This document shows, piece by piece, positions 1 through 9,879 of a DNA stretch of 64,000 bases; the stretch's first letter is position 1; the number at the start of each line of letters is the position of its first letter. The stretch is taken from positions 291,373 through 355,372 of the forward strand of contig CALOFK010000001.1 of the NCBI GenBank assembly GCA_942492595.1, in the 5' to 3' direction. The translations under genes and the position numbers were made by a program. This DNA is from an uncultured Marinilabiliaceae bacterium (GTDB lineage: Bacteria; Bacteroidota; Bacteroidia; Bacteroidales; VadinHA17). Under the pieces are notes generated by a model. It was given only the letters and a program-made list of their open reading frames with translations. It was not told the origin of the DNA and made no database searches.

Positions 1-1
1 T

Positions 2-547
2 GCCGCATACAGCCTCAGGAAGATGATTGATGATGAAAAGAGTGAAGATGATTTTATTGAAAGCATCGAAAATAATAATAGCGGACTTGAAATAGAAACT
101 TATAAGTTTGAGAATCTGGATGATGTTTACAAGCCTGTTAAGGAAGAATATACACTGAAGATTGTCGGCCAGACTGATATTGCGGGTGATATGATATACT
201 TTAATCCCTGGTTTTATGAAAGGGTAGAAAGCAATCCATTTAAACTTGAAGACAGAAAATATCCAATCGATTTTGCTTACCCGATAAATGAAACATTTAC
301 CGCTTCTATAACTATCCCTGAGGGTTATTCCGTGGAAGAGCTTCCTGCAAATATTACCCTTAATCTTCCTGATAATTCAGCAAGGTTTGTAATACGGACT
401 TCCTTTGATGATGGTGTGATAAATCTGACCAACGAGTTTCAGATAAATAAATCTCTTTTTATTTACGATGAGTATAAGTCACTGAAAGATTTTTATGATC
501 AGATGGTAAGTAAGCATTCTGAGATGGTAGTATTGAAAAAGAATTAA
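2..547 (+). CDS. 3' part of a DUF3857/transglutaminase-like family gene (DUF3858-like tail); the 5' end lies upstream of the window
   Basis: The frame is open from base 2 to the stop at 545-547. The tail has the same layout as the C-terminus of the next ORF (P-[DE]-G-Y-x-[VI]-E ... FY ... VLK), suggesting tandem paralogues. Confidence 0.55.
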   Translation, partial: AAYSLRKMIDDEKSEDDFIESIENNNSGLEIETYKFENLDDVYKPVKEEYTLKIVGQTDIAGDMIYFNPWFYERVESNPFKLEDRKYPIDFAYPINETFTASITIPEGYSVEELPANITLNLPDNSARFVIRTSFDDGVINLTNEFQINKSLFIYDEYKSLKDFYDQMVSKHSEMVVLKKN

Positions 548-562
548 AGTGCTTACTGCATT

Positions 563-2482
563 ATGAGAAAAACTATTATTCTGCTATTAGTTCTTACATT
601 TTTAAGTCATGAAGCTTTTTGTCTGGCCAAAGAAAAGCCATATAAGGTTTCAGATATACCTGAAGAATTGAGAGAGGACGCTGTCGCTGTAGTAAGAAAC
701 AGCGAAGTTACTTTTAAGGTACAGTCGGTTTCCAGGGCACAAAAGCAAACCCTTTACGCAATAACCATCCTCGAAGAGAACGGCGATTACTTTGCTAATT
801 TTAATGTATGGTACGATAAATTCGTTTCGATATCCAATATAAAGATTACAATTTTCGATGAGGATGGAGATATTATTGAAAGAGTAAAATCGTCTGATAT
901 AAAAGACTATAGCTCATTTTCAAATTATTCAATTTATGATGATAACAGGCAGAAGGTATATGTTCCAAATATAAATTCATATCCCTTTACCATCGAAATA
1001 CAATACGACCAGGATTATAATGGTTTATTTGTTTATCCGACCTGGCAGCCTGTTGAGGGTTATGACCTGTCTGTGGAGAAATCTTCCTTTAAAGTGATCT
1101 GTCCCGAAATGCTTAATTACAGGACCTACGAGTTAAACCTGACTGGTGATCCCGATTCTACAATTGATTCAGGGAAGAAGATTAAGGAGTGGAAACTAAG
1201 CGGATATAAAGCCGTTGAGAGAGAACAACATAGTCCTTACCTCTATGAATTTACACCAATAGTATATACTGCACCTTGCGATTTCAAGATTGAAGGGTTT
1301 GAAGGAAATATGGAAACATGGGAATCTCTTGGAGAGTGGGCCTATAAACTGCTTGATGGCAGAAACGAAATTACACCCGAAACCAGGGAAGAAATACTTG
1401 CCCTTGTTGAGGGAGTCAATGACAAAAGGGAAAGGGCAAGGATTATTTATGAATATGTACAGGAGAATACCAGGTATGTAAGCATTCAGGAAGGGATTGG
1501 AGGATGGCAGCCCATGCCTGCTATACAGGTTGATGAGCTGGGCTATGGTGATTGTAAGGCACTGTCGAATTTTACCAGGTCCTTATTATATGAGGCCGGC
1601 ATTGATGCTTTTTATACCAAGGTAAAGGCAGGCCCCGAGGCAAAGGATATGCTTGCTGATTTTGTTAGTAACCAGTCAAATCATATTATTTTATGTGTGC
1701 CGATAGATAAAGATACAATCTGGCTGGAATGTACAAGCCAGATTTCCCCCTTTGGTTATATTGGTAATTTTACCGACGATAGAAATGTTCTTGTCCTCAC
1801 TCCTGATGGAGGCAAACTTGTTAGAACAAGGAGATATTCACTCGAGGAGAACAGGCAGCTTACACATGCCAGGGTTGACTTAAGCGATATTGAAGGGTCG
1901 ACTGCCCAAATTAATTGCACTTATTCAGGCCTTCAGTATGATAATGTGTCTTCCCTGCTGAGGAAGTCAGTAAGCAACAGGGAGAAGTGGCTTCTTAATA
2001 ATATAGATATTGAAAATTTTACGGTTAATGATTTTAGTATTGAGCCTGTTGACGGCAAAGATGTTGTTCCTGAGATAGTTACAGAGCTCGATATTAGCAT
2101 TTCCAACTATGTTTCCCAGGTGGGAGGGCGTCTTTTTGTTCCTCTTAACCTGATGAATGCTACCAGCTATATTCCGCCCAGGTACAGGAATAGAAAGCAG
2201 GATATTGTTCTGAGCTACCCGTTTACTGATATTGATTCGGTAAGATATACCCTGCCCGATGGATATGTAATTGAGTCATCTCCTGAGGGATGTGATATTA
2301 AATCTGAATTTGGTGAGTACTCCGTCAGCATAAGTACTGAAGGAGATGAGCTTCTGTATGTAAGGAAGAGAATTATGTATGAAGGTAAGTATCCTGCCAG
2401 CTCGTATAATGATTTCAGACAATTCTATACTGATTTATCGAAGCAGGACGATGCGAAGCTTGTTCTGAAATATGCTAATTAA
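563..2482 (+). CDS. DUF3857 / transglutaminase-like / DUF3858 protein, secreted
   Basis: 639-aa ORF with an N-terminal signal peptide (MRKTIILLLVLTFLSHEAFC) and the transglutaminase-core Cys motif GYGDCKALSNF. The overall architecture is typical of Bacteroidota DUF3857 proteins. Confidence 0.75.
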   Translation: MRKTIILLLVLTFLSHEAFCLAKEKPYKVSDIPEELREDAVAVVRNSEVTFKVQSVSRAQKQTLYAITILEENGDYFANFNVWYDKFVSISNIKITIFDEDGDIIERVKSSDIKDYSSFSNYSIYDDNRQKVYVPNINSYPFTIEIQYDQDYNGLFVYPTWQPVEGYDLSVEKSSFKVICPEMLNYRTYELNLTGDPDSTIDSGKKIKEWKLSGYKAVEREQHSPYLYEFTPIVYTAPCDFKIEGFEGNMETWESLGEWAYKLLDGRNEITPETREEILALVEGVNDKRERARIIYEYVQENTRYVSIQEGIGGWQPMPAIQVDELGYGDCKALSNFTRSLLYEAGIDAFYTKVKAGPEAKDMLADFVSNQSNHIILCVPIDKDTIWLECTSQISPFGYIGNFTDDRNVLVLTPDGGKLVRTRRYSLEENRQLTHARVDLSDIEGSTAQINCTYSGLQYDNVSSLLRKSVSNREKWLLNNIDIENFTVNDFSIEPVDGKDVVPEIVTELDISISNYVSQVGGRLFVPLNLMNATSYIPPRYRNRKQDIVLSYPFTDIDSVRYTLPDGYVIESSPEGCDIKSEFGEYSVSISTEGDELLYVRKRIMYEGKYPASSYNDFRQFYTDLSKQDDAKLVLKYAN

Positions 2483-2561
2483 TAGCTTCAGCTAAGAGCA
2501 GTTTGATTACGGTAACTTTCAAACGATAGTAAACCTGCGCCTAAAAGCAGACTGGAAATAC

Positions 2562-4418
2562 TTAATTCATCTTCTGAGGTTTAATCATCCTTTCAGGTGA
2601 AAGTATCTCATCAAGCTTTTCTCTGGAGAGTAAGCCTTTTTCAATACAGAGATCATATACACCTCTGTTTGTTTCAAGGGCTTCTTTGGCAAGAGCAGAA
2701 CATGTCTCGTAGCCTAGCACCGGGTTAAGTGCTGTAACAATACCTATGCTGTTTTGAACCATTTTAAGGCATCTTTCCTTATTGGCGGTGATGCCATCTA
2801 TGCAACGATGCTTAAGGGTCATCATGCCGCTCTTTAGCATTTCTACCGACTCAAAGATACTTTGCACGATAACGGGCTCCATAACATTTAACTCCAGCTG
2901 ACCGGCCTCAGCCGCCAGTGTAACAGTAAGGTCGTTTCCAATAACCTTAAAAGCGATCTGGTTTACAACTTCAGGGATAACGGGATTAACCTTCCCGGGC
3001 ATAATTGACGAGCCAGGTTGCATCGGGGGTAGGTTTATTTCGTTTATCCCGGCACGAGGTCCTGACGATAGTAATCTGAGATCATTAGATATTTTTGAGA
3101 GTTTTACAGCTAATCTTTTTATTGCCGATGAGTACATAATAAATGCTCCGGTATCCTGAGTGGCTTCAACGAGGTTGTCGGCGTTTCTTACTTCAAGTCC
3201 TGTAATCAGTTGCAGATGATTAACTACCTTACCTGCATATTCAGGATCGGAATTTATACCTGTGCCTATCGCTGTTGCACCCATATTTATTTCGAGAAAC
3301 AGACGTGCATTTACCTGAAGTCGTGTTACTTCTTCCTCGAGAGTTGTGGCCCAGGCTTTGAAGTTTTGTCCCAGGGTCATAGGTACAGCATCCTGTAACT
3401 GCGTGCGTCCCATTTTAATAACGTCTTTAAACTCTTCACCCTTGGCCTTAAACGATTTTATTAAATCTTCCAGGCTTGTTGTCAGGCTTTTGTTATTATT
3501 ATACAGGGCAATCTTTATGGCTGTTGGGTAAGCATCGTTAGTTGATTGTGAGAGGTTAACATGATTGTTAGGGTGACAATATTCATACTCACCCTTCTTT
3601 TTACCAAGTATCTCCAGTGCACGGTTTGCAATTACTTCGTTGGCATTCATATTTGTTGAGGTTCCTGCTCCTCCCTGGATCATATCCACAACAAAGTGGA
3701 ATTGATATTTACCGTTTTTTATCTCAGTGCAGGCCATTATTATTGCTTCAGCAATTTCATCATCGAGTAAACCAAGCTCGTGATTGGCTCTCGCTGCAGC
3801 TTTCTTGACCATTGCAAGGGCCTCTATAAGAACAGGATAGAAATTCAGCGAAATTCCGCTAATATTGAAGTTTTCCATACCTCGCATAGTCTGTATGCCA
3901 TAGTAGGCCTGATTGGGCACATTTCTGTATCCAAGCAGATCATGCTCCCGTCTTGTTTCCCCATCTTCATATTGTGCAGCAACATTTACCATCCTGTTGT
4001 TGGCATGCCTCATTCTGCGCGAAATTACCTGGGCAACATTTGACATTATCTTAAGAGCCGATTCACCATTGTGAATAAAGAAATCTTTTTTAACAGAAAG
4101 AACCTTTGTTTTCTCTATTGCCCTTGCGCTTGTTGAATGCTTGCTCTCACTCGACCAGCTTCCTTCTCCAAGGAAATCACCCCTGGTGAAATAGGACAAT
4201 CTTTTTTCTTCTTCGTAGATATTTTTTTTGAATAACTCAACCTCACCTTCGTAAATAAGGAAGAGGTCTTTACGTTCTCCATTTTCTTCAAAGAGCAGAT
4301 CACTTTTGTTAAATGACAGTTCTTCAATACTGTCAGAAAGGCTTTTAAATTCCTGGTCGCTAAGGCCTTTAAATAATTCAATCTCTTTGATAAATTTTTG
4401 TATATCCAGCTTATTCAT
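2562..4418 (-). CDS. aspA: Aspartate ammonia-lyase with an N-terminal cyclic-nucleotide-binding (CAP-effector-like) domain
   Basis: The C-terminal ~465 aa are collinear by eye with E. coli AspA (QSTNDAYPT, MGRTQLQDAVPMTLGQ, GSSIMPGKVNP signature loop, NVMEPVI). The first ~150 aa show a cNMP-binding pattern (FKGLSDQEF...LFLIYEGEVELF...GDFLGE...ARA). Confidence 0.85.
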   Translation of the reverse strand: MNKLDIQKFIKEIELFKGLSDQEFKSLSDSIEELSFNKSDLLFEENGERKDLFLIYEGEVELFKKNIYEEEKRLSYFTRGDFLGEGSWSSESKHSTSARAIEKTKVLSVKKDFFIHNGESALKIMSNVAQVISRRMRHANNRMVNVAAQYEDGETRREHDLLGYRNVPNQAYYGIQTMRGMENFNISGISLNFYPVLIEALAMVKKAAARANHELGLLDDEIAEAIIMACTEIKNGKYQFHFVVDMIQGGAGTSTNMNANEVIANRALEILGKKKGEYEYCHPNNHVNLSQSTNDAYPTAIKIALYNNNKSLTTSLEDLIKSFKAKGEEFKDVIKMGRTQLQDAVPMTLGQNFKAWATTLEEEVTRLQVNARLFLEINMGATAIGTGINSDPEYAGKVVNHLQLITGLEVRNADNLVEATQDTGAFIMYSSAIKRLAVKLSKISNDLRLLSSGPRAGINEINLPPMQPGSSIMPGKVNPVIPEVVNQIAFKVIGNDLTVTLAAEAGQLELNVMEPVIVQSIFESVEMLKSGMMTLKHRCIDGITANKERCLKMVQNSIGIVTALNPVLGYETCSALAKEALETNRGVYDLCIEKGLLSREKLDEILSPERMIKPQKMN

Positions 4419-4600
4419 GATCTAGTGTAATTATATTAAATGTCTCAGAAGCAGTACAGGTATATGCAATTGACGATCTTCCTCTGTTTATGCCAAGATA
4501 CAAAATCCCGGGTATCAGGGGAAAATAACAGATCAAAGGTTCCTGCACAGGTCAGAAAAACTTACTTTCCTTCTTTAAGATTTCTTAAGCCCTGGAGATA

Positions 4601-5488
4601 TTATACTAATTTTTCCCGAAAAAATGAAATTGTTCTATCCCAGGCCAGTTTTGCTGCAGCCTCATCAAATCTTGGTGTTGTATTGTTATGGAAGCCATGA
4701 TTTACACCAGGGTACATATGTGCTGTATACTCTTTCCCGAATTTTTTCAGGGCCTTCTCATAATCAGGCCAGCCTTCATTAACTCGTTTATCGAGTTCTG
4801 CATAATGTATAAGTAGAGGAGCATTTATTTTTTGTACATCTTCTTCAGCTGGCTGTGTACCATAAAATGGCACAGAAGCTGATAAAGCAGGTATTCTTAC
4901 AGCCATCATATTTGATATCCACCCACCAAAGCAAAAACCTACAACCCCAACCTTCGCTGTACTGTTTTCATGTTCTCTGAGGTAATCATATGCTGCAATA
5001 AAGTCTTCAAGCATTTCGTTACTGTCTCGCTGCCTTTGAAGGGTCCTTCCGTCGTCATCATTCCCGGGATAACCACCAAGAGGAGTTAGTGCGTCGGGGG
5101 CCAGACTGATAAATCCATCCAGGGCAGCCCGTCTTCCTACATCTTCAATATATGGATTTAAACCACGGTTTTCATGCACCACAACAATTGCAGGCAATTT
5201 AGCCGAGATTTCAGCCGGTCTTGAGAGAAGACCTTTGATGCTGCCACCTCCTTTGGGAGACTTGTAGGTGATATATTCAGAAATAATTCGTGGATCATTT
5301 TTATTCACAAGGCTTGTTGTCTTATAATCGGGCATTACAAAACTCATCAGTGAACTAAGTGTTATACCACCAACGGCATAAATAGATAATCTCTCCAAAA
5401 AGGTCCTTCTATCCAGACGATTATGTGCATACTCATCGTAGAGATCAAAAACTTCCTGCTTAAGGTCTTCTTTTTTTAGTTTTTTCAT
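4601..5488 (-). CDS. Dienelactone hydrolase family protein with a Tat-type signal
   Basis: RRTFLERL twin-arginine motif followed by a hydrophobic stretch. Nucleophile elbow GFCFGGW, and an alpha/beta-hydrolase layout ending in ...NHGF. Confidence 0.8.
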   Translation of the reverse strand: MKKLKKEDLKQEVFDLYDEYAHNRLDRRTFLERLSIYAVGGITLSSLMSFVMPDYKTTSLVNKNDPRIISEYITYKSPKGGGSIKGLLSRPAEISAKLPAIVVVHENRGLNPYIEDVGRRAALDGFISLAPDALTPLGGYPGNDDDGRTLQRQRDSNEMLEDFIAAYDYLREHENSTAKVGVVGFCFGGWISNMMAVRIPALSASVPFYGTQPAEEDVQKINAPLLIHYAELDKRVNEGWPDYEKALKKFGKEYTAHMYPGVNHGFHNNTTPRFDEAAAKLAWDRTISFFREKLV

Positions 5489-5703
5489 TGTTTACTGTAT
5501 TAGGGTAGTACTTATATAAGTACTTCTTGCAGAATATTGTTCATCTCTGATATGATAATTTATAAAAAAAGTATCTCTGAAGTATATTCAATTGTAGGAT
5601 AAGGAATCTTATTCTTAATATATTAAAGGTTTTAAATCCACTAGTTTGTAATGATTCTATCTCATAGAATTTGTATTTTTCGTAATAAATATTTCCCGGG
5701 CTT

Positions 5704-7026
5704 ATGAAAACTTCAAAATTAAACAGGCGCAGATTCCTTAAAACGGCATCCCTGAGTACAATAGGTGCAGGTCTTGCCTCTACAGCCGCCTTTGCATCAG
5801 GAGAAACTTCAGATATTAACGAAAAACCTCTTATCAGGGAATACCGCAGGTTTGGTAAAACGGGCTTTGAGGTGTCTGATTTTGGTAGCGGGGCTCCCTC
5901 GAATGAAGCAATATTAAGAGCATTGCTCGATAGCGGGGTTAATCTAATCGACACCGGAGAGGCATATGCGAATGGTAATAGTGAAAGGGTTGTGGGGCGA
6001 GTGATAAAAGATTACGACAGGAGCAAGCTTTTTATAAATACAAAGCTTTATACAGAAAAGGAATATCCTTCTAAAAAGGAAGTTATTGAAAGAACCAACC
6101 AGGCCCTTGAAAGGCTTCAGACTGATTATGTTGATTGCATGCAGATTCATTCGGCAGAAAATTCAAAAATATTAAAGGACGAGGCTTTTCATGCAGGTAT
6201 GGAGCAGTTAAAGAAAGAAGGCAAGGTAAGGCATGTGGGTGTGTCGTGTCATGGTAATAACTGGGCTATTGATACAGAGGAGAGCCTTGATAAAATACTT
6301 CTTACTGCCGTTGAGGATGGCCGATTTGATGTAATACTGCTGGCTTATAATTTTGCCAACAGGGATATTGCCGAAAAAGTGCTGGAAGCATGTGAGCAGA
6401 AGGATATTGCGACCATTATTATGAAATCCAATCCTGTGCACCTTTTCGATCTTTTCGTTGGCAGGCGTGATAAATTGCTTGCTGATGGGAAGGAAGTGGA
6501 TATGTATACCCAGGGATATTATGATAAGTATAAGAAGATGAATGATGCTGCGCATAGCTTTTTCGGCTCCTATGGTATAAAGGATGAGAAGCAGTTCAGG
6601 GATGCAGCGTCTCGCTTTGTTCTTTCAAATAGTAAGGCTCATACAACAATATGGGATTTCCAGAATTTCGATGAGGTTGAAAGAATGATAGGGCTGTCGG
6701 GCCAGAAATTGACATCCTCAGATAAATATGTACTGGATGGTTTTGTTAAGCACCTGGGTCATACAACATGCAGGATAGGATGTAACGATTGCCAGGCGGC
6801 CTGTCCGCAGAATATCCCGGTAAATAAGATACTTCGTTATAATTATTATTTCAGCGTAAAGAAGCAGGAGCGCAGAGCCATGGAAAAATATGCTCGCCTC
6901 GATCTGCCTAAGGCATCCGAGGCCTGCCTTAGCTGTGAAGGTCATTGCGAAAAAGCCTGCCCTTACGGGGTATGGACCAGGCCACTGCTTGAAGCGGCCA
7001 GACAGAACCTCGAGCTCTTTGTCTGA
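5704..7026 (+). CDS. Aldo/keto reductase with a Tat signal and a C-terminal Cys-rich (Fe-S-like) extension
   Basis: N-terminus MKTSKLNRRRFLKTASLSTIGAGLAS (twin-arginine signal). AKR core motifs present (LIDTGEAYANG, HVGVSCH). The C-terminus has two Cys clusters, CRIGCNDCQAACP and CLSCEGHCEKACP. Confidence 0.8.
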   Translation: MKTSKLNRRRFLKTASLSTIGAGLASTAAFASGETSDINEKPLIREYRRFGKTGFEVSDFGSGAPSNEAILRALLDSGVNLIDTGEAYANGNSERVVGRVIKDYDRSKLFINTKLYTEKEYPSKKEVIERTNQALERLQTDYVDCMQIHSAENSKILKDEAFHAGMEQLKKEGKVRHVGVSCHGNNWAIDTEESLDKILLTAVEDGRFDVILLAYNFANRDIAEKVLEACEQKDIATIIMKSNPVHLFDLFVGRRDKLLADGKEVDMYTQGYYDKYKKMNDAAHSFFGSYGIKDEKQFRDAASRFVLSNSKAHTTIWDFQNFDEVERMIGLSGQKLTSSDKYVLDGFVKHLGHTTCRIGCNDCQAACPQNIPVNKILRYNYYFSVKKQERRAMEKYARLDLPKASEACLSCEGHCEKACPYGVWTRPLLEAARQNLELFV

Positions 7027-7086
7027 TATTATTTTAGAGAACAAAATCGTCGGTTAAATTGTTTCTATAGTACTTAAATTGGTATT

Positions 7087-7524
7087 ATGCTAGTTATCAA
7101 CAGAATAACAAAAATACTGCTTGCTTTTAGCCTCTCCTTGATGCTAATAGTCGGTGCTGGTGGTATTATTGCCGAAAAGCATATTTGCCTGCATTGCGGA
7201 ACAGACTTTGATCTGGCGCTTTTTGCTATTGAAGATAGTAATCCTGATACCTGTTGTGAAACCGATAGCAGGGATGAGGATGCTTCAGGATCTTGTGAGA
7301 TGGAGGAAGAATCTTGTTGTTCTTATGAAACGATCAACCTGGATCTTTCTGAGCAGCTACCCTATTCAATACAAAACGAAGAGATCGCTTTTTCCCTAAC
7401 TTATTTTACTATAACAGATCTATTTCTAAATGGGACTGATCTGCAATTTTCAATCATTTATACACCTCCGGATAATCCTGGAGGTAGAAATATTGTGATA
7501 CTGAATTCTCAGTATCGAACCTGA
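7087..7524 (+). CDS. Small membrane-anchored Cys-rich protein, possibly HYC_CC_PP family
   Basis: N-terminal TM helix, then motifs KHICLHCG, two CC pairs (DTCCETD, ESCCSYE) and TPPDNP. It sits directly upstream of a TonB-dependent receptor and an HMA-domain gene. Confidence 0.5.
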   Translation: MLVINRITKILLAFSLSLMLIVGAGGIIAEKHICLHCGTDFDLALFAIEDSNPDTCCETDSRDEDASGSCEMEEESCCSYETINLDLSEQLPYSIQNEEIAFSLTYFTITDLFLNGTDLQFSIIYTPPDNPGGRNIVILNSQYRT

Positions 7525-7632
7525 TAATTTCATTTCGTAAGAGTTGTAAAAAACAGGCCGGATAACTGGCTGTATTTTGATGTACGCCTGTATTCTGCTT
7601 GCCGTATTATCCTACAATAAATATGAAATGAA

Positions 7633-9837
7633 ATGAAAACTATATATATACTTATATTATTTTTGTGCATACCAGCCCTGCTGTCTGCACAACGAACCCT
7701 GGAAGGTAAGATCCTTGATTCTGAATCGGGACTGGCTCTGCCGGGGGCGAATATTTTCTGGGCAGGTACTACAAGGGGTACCGCTACTAATGCTGCCGGG
7801 TATTTTGTTCTAAAAAAGACAAATAAGTCTGATTTCCTGGTAATAAGCTTTGTGGGCTATTCTGTAGACACTATAAAGGTTGACAATAATACTGACTATC
7901 TGGAATATTCTCTTAGTCCGATTTCAGAAATAGATGAAATTATAGTTTTTGGACGTGCCAGTGGCATACATATCGACCGTCAGGACCCTTTATTAACTTA
8001 TAAGATCACAGGTGCTGAGTTAACAAGAGCTGCATGCTGTAATCTTTCTGAAAGCTTTACAAGCAGTGCCTCTGTTGATGTATCTTATTCAGATGCTTTA
8101 AGTGGAGCAAAACAGATACAGCTTCTGGGTTTGTCGGGTTCATATGTTCAGATTATGACCGAGAATTTCCCTGCTCTTTACGGTCTTGGTTCAACATATG
8201 GGTTGAATTATATTCCAGGACCATGGATGGAATCAATCCAGGTCTCAAAGGGGACCTCCTCTGTGCGTAACGGCTATGAATCAATAAGCGGGCAAATTAA
8301 TATTGAATTTAAGAAACCTACAACAAGTGAGAAGGCCTACCTAAACTTATACGGTAACAGCTCGGGGAAAACAGAGGGAAATATAAATACATCCCTGTTA
8401 TTATCAGAAAAGCTCAGTACTTCTATCCTGGGACATGCAGAAAGTGGTCAGATGCTTAATGATCATAATAATGATGGTTTCAGGGATGAGCCCAATGTGA
8501 GGCAATATCATCTGTTTAACAGGTGGGATTATCTAACTGAGACCATTACCCTGAGGGCAGGAGTAAGATTGATGGAAGAAGAAAGAATAGGTGGGGAAAC
8601 CTCGTTTAATCCAACTGAATCTATTGATCCGCTTTCAGATTATGGGATATTGATTAATACTACAAGAGCTGAAGCTTTTACCAAGACAGGGTTTCTTTTT
8701 CCGGCCGACCGCAGCATGTCTCTGGGTTGGATCAATAGCTTTTCTTACCATGATCAGGAGGCTGATTTTGGCTTAAAATCATATATGGGAATGCAGAAAT
8801 CTTATTACACCAATCTTCTATACCAGTGGAAGCCAAATCTTGATGAGCATACAGTAGATGCAGGTTTCAGCTATAGATTTGACAGATATGATGAGATGCT
8901 AAACTCTGAAGAATTAGATAGAACGGAGAAGGTTCCGGGTCTGTTTTTTCAGTATTCATATATCGATACTTCAATGATTACCCTTGTTGCAGGTATCAGG
9001 GCAGATTTCCATAATCTTTATGGTACAATAATCACGCCCAGGGTACATCTTCGCTACGAGTTGACGGATCGTACTACCCTTAGAGCCAATGCAGGAAAAG
9101 GATTCAGATCGACAAATGTACTCGCTGAAAATCAATTTTTGCTCGCCAGTAATCGAAATATTGATATTGCCGATGACCTGAAGATGGAAGAGGCCTGGAA
9201 TTTTGGGGGTAGTCTAAGCTCATATTACCAGCTGGCAGGAAATGAACTGCGTCTGTCGGTAGATTTCTACCATACACGATTTATTAATCAGGTGGTGGTC
9301 GACCTCGACAGAGATGTTAAGAGTGTATTTTTCTATAATCTGGATGGTAAATCCATCTCAAATATCGCCCAGATAGAAATGCAGTGGGAGCCTCTAAGCA
9401 GACTTGATCTTCTTGCAGCATTCAGATGGAATGATGTGAGAATGACTACCGATGGCCAGCTACAGCAAAGAGCTCTGCAGGGAAAGTATAAAGGCCTTCT
9501 GACTACTTCATATCTTTCATATTTAAGAAAATGGCAGTATGACGTGACGGTCAGCCTTAACGGACCGGGTAGAATTCCTTCAACTGAGGATAATCCCCCC
9601 CTGTATCAAAGACCTGAAAAGTTTGATCCCTATATGCTTATAAATGGGCAGGTAACAAGGAAATTTAAATACCTGGACATCTATTTAGGGATTGAAAATC
9701 TTACAAATTTTAAACAGGAAGATCCGATAATTTCTGCCGATAATCCCTTTGGAGATGAGTTTGATACCTCTCTGATATGGGGCCCTGTAATGGGACGAAT
9801 GATATATGGAGGCATAAGAATATCAATAAACAGATAA
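7633..9837 (+). CDS. TonB-dependent receptor with an N-terminal CarboxypepD_reg-like domain
   Basis: Signal peptide followed by LEGKILDSESGLALPGANIFWAG...NAAGYFVL. A plug-like region and a long beta-barrel-like repeat composition to the C-terminus. Confidence 0.85.
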   Translation: MKTIYILILFLCIPALLSAQRTLEGKILDSESGLALPGANIFWAGTTRGTATNAAGYFVLKKTNKSDFLVISFVGYSVDTIKVDNNTDYLEYSLSPISEIDEIIVFGRASGIHIDRQDPLLTYKITGAELTRAACCNLSESFTSSASVDVSYSDALSGAKQIQLLGLSGSYVQIMTENFPALYGLGSTYGLNYIPGPWMESIQVSKGTSSVRNGYESISGQINIEFKKPTTSEKAYLNLYGNSSGKTEGNINTSLLLSEKLSTSILGHAESGQMLNDHNNDGFRDEPNVRQYHLFNRWDYLTETITLRAGVRLMEEERIGGETSFNPTESIDPLSDYGILINTTRAEAFTKTGFLFPADRSMSLGWINSFSYHDQEADFGLKSYMGMQKSYYTNLLYQWKPNLDEHTVDAGFSYRFDRYDEMLNSEELDRTEKVPGLFFQYSYIDTSMITLVAGIRADFHNLYGTIITPRVHLRYELTDRTTLRANAGKGFRSTNVLAENQFLLASNRNIDIADDLKMEEAWNFGGSLSSYYQLAGNELRLSVDFYHTRFINQVVVDLDRDVKSVFFYNLDGKSISNIAQIEMQWEPLSRLDLLAAFRWNDVRMTTDGQLQQRALQGKYKGLLTTSYLSYLRKWQYDVTVSLNGPGRIPSTEDNPPLYQRPEKFDPYMLINGQVTRKFKYLDIYLGIENLTNFKQEDPIISADNPFGDEFDTSLIWGPVMGRMIYGGIRISINR

Positions 9838-9879
9838 ATAGTATTAACCGCACTCTTTGAGTGTACAAAAAATAATTTT

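Noticed and set aside
3210-4381. Short ORFs antisense to or nested within aspA, and similar nested ORFs inside other long genes throughout the track
   Set aside because: They lie entirely within strongly supported long CDSs on the opposite strand or in another frame. Their composition is typical of antisense translation.
5541-5954. 137-aa minus-strand ORF overlapping the start of the Tat-signal AKR
   Set aside because: It overlaps a well-supported gene and its promoter region, and no motifs were recognised.
7525-7632. Riboswitch (for example cobalamin) upstream of the TonB-dependent receptor
   Set aside because: There is only a weak hairpin (acaggcc…ggctgt) and no conserved riboswitch core that I could recognise. 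The region is only ~108 nt.
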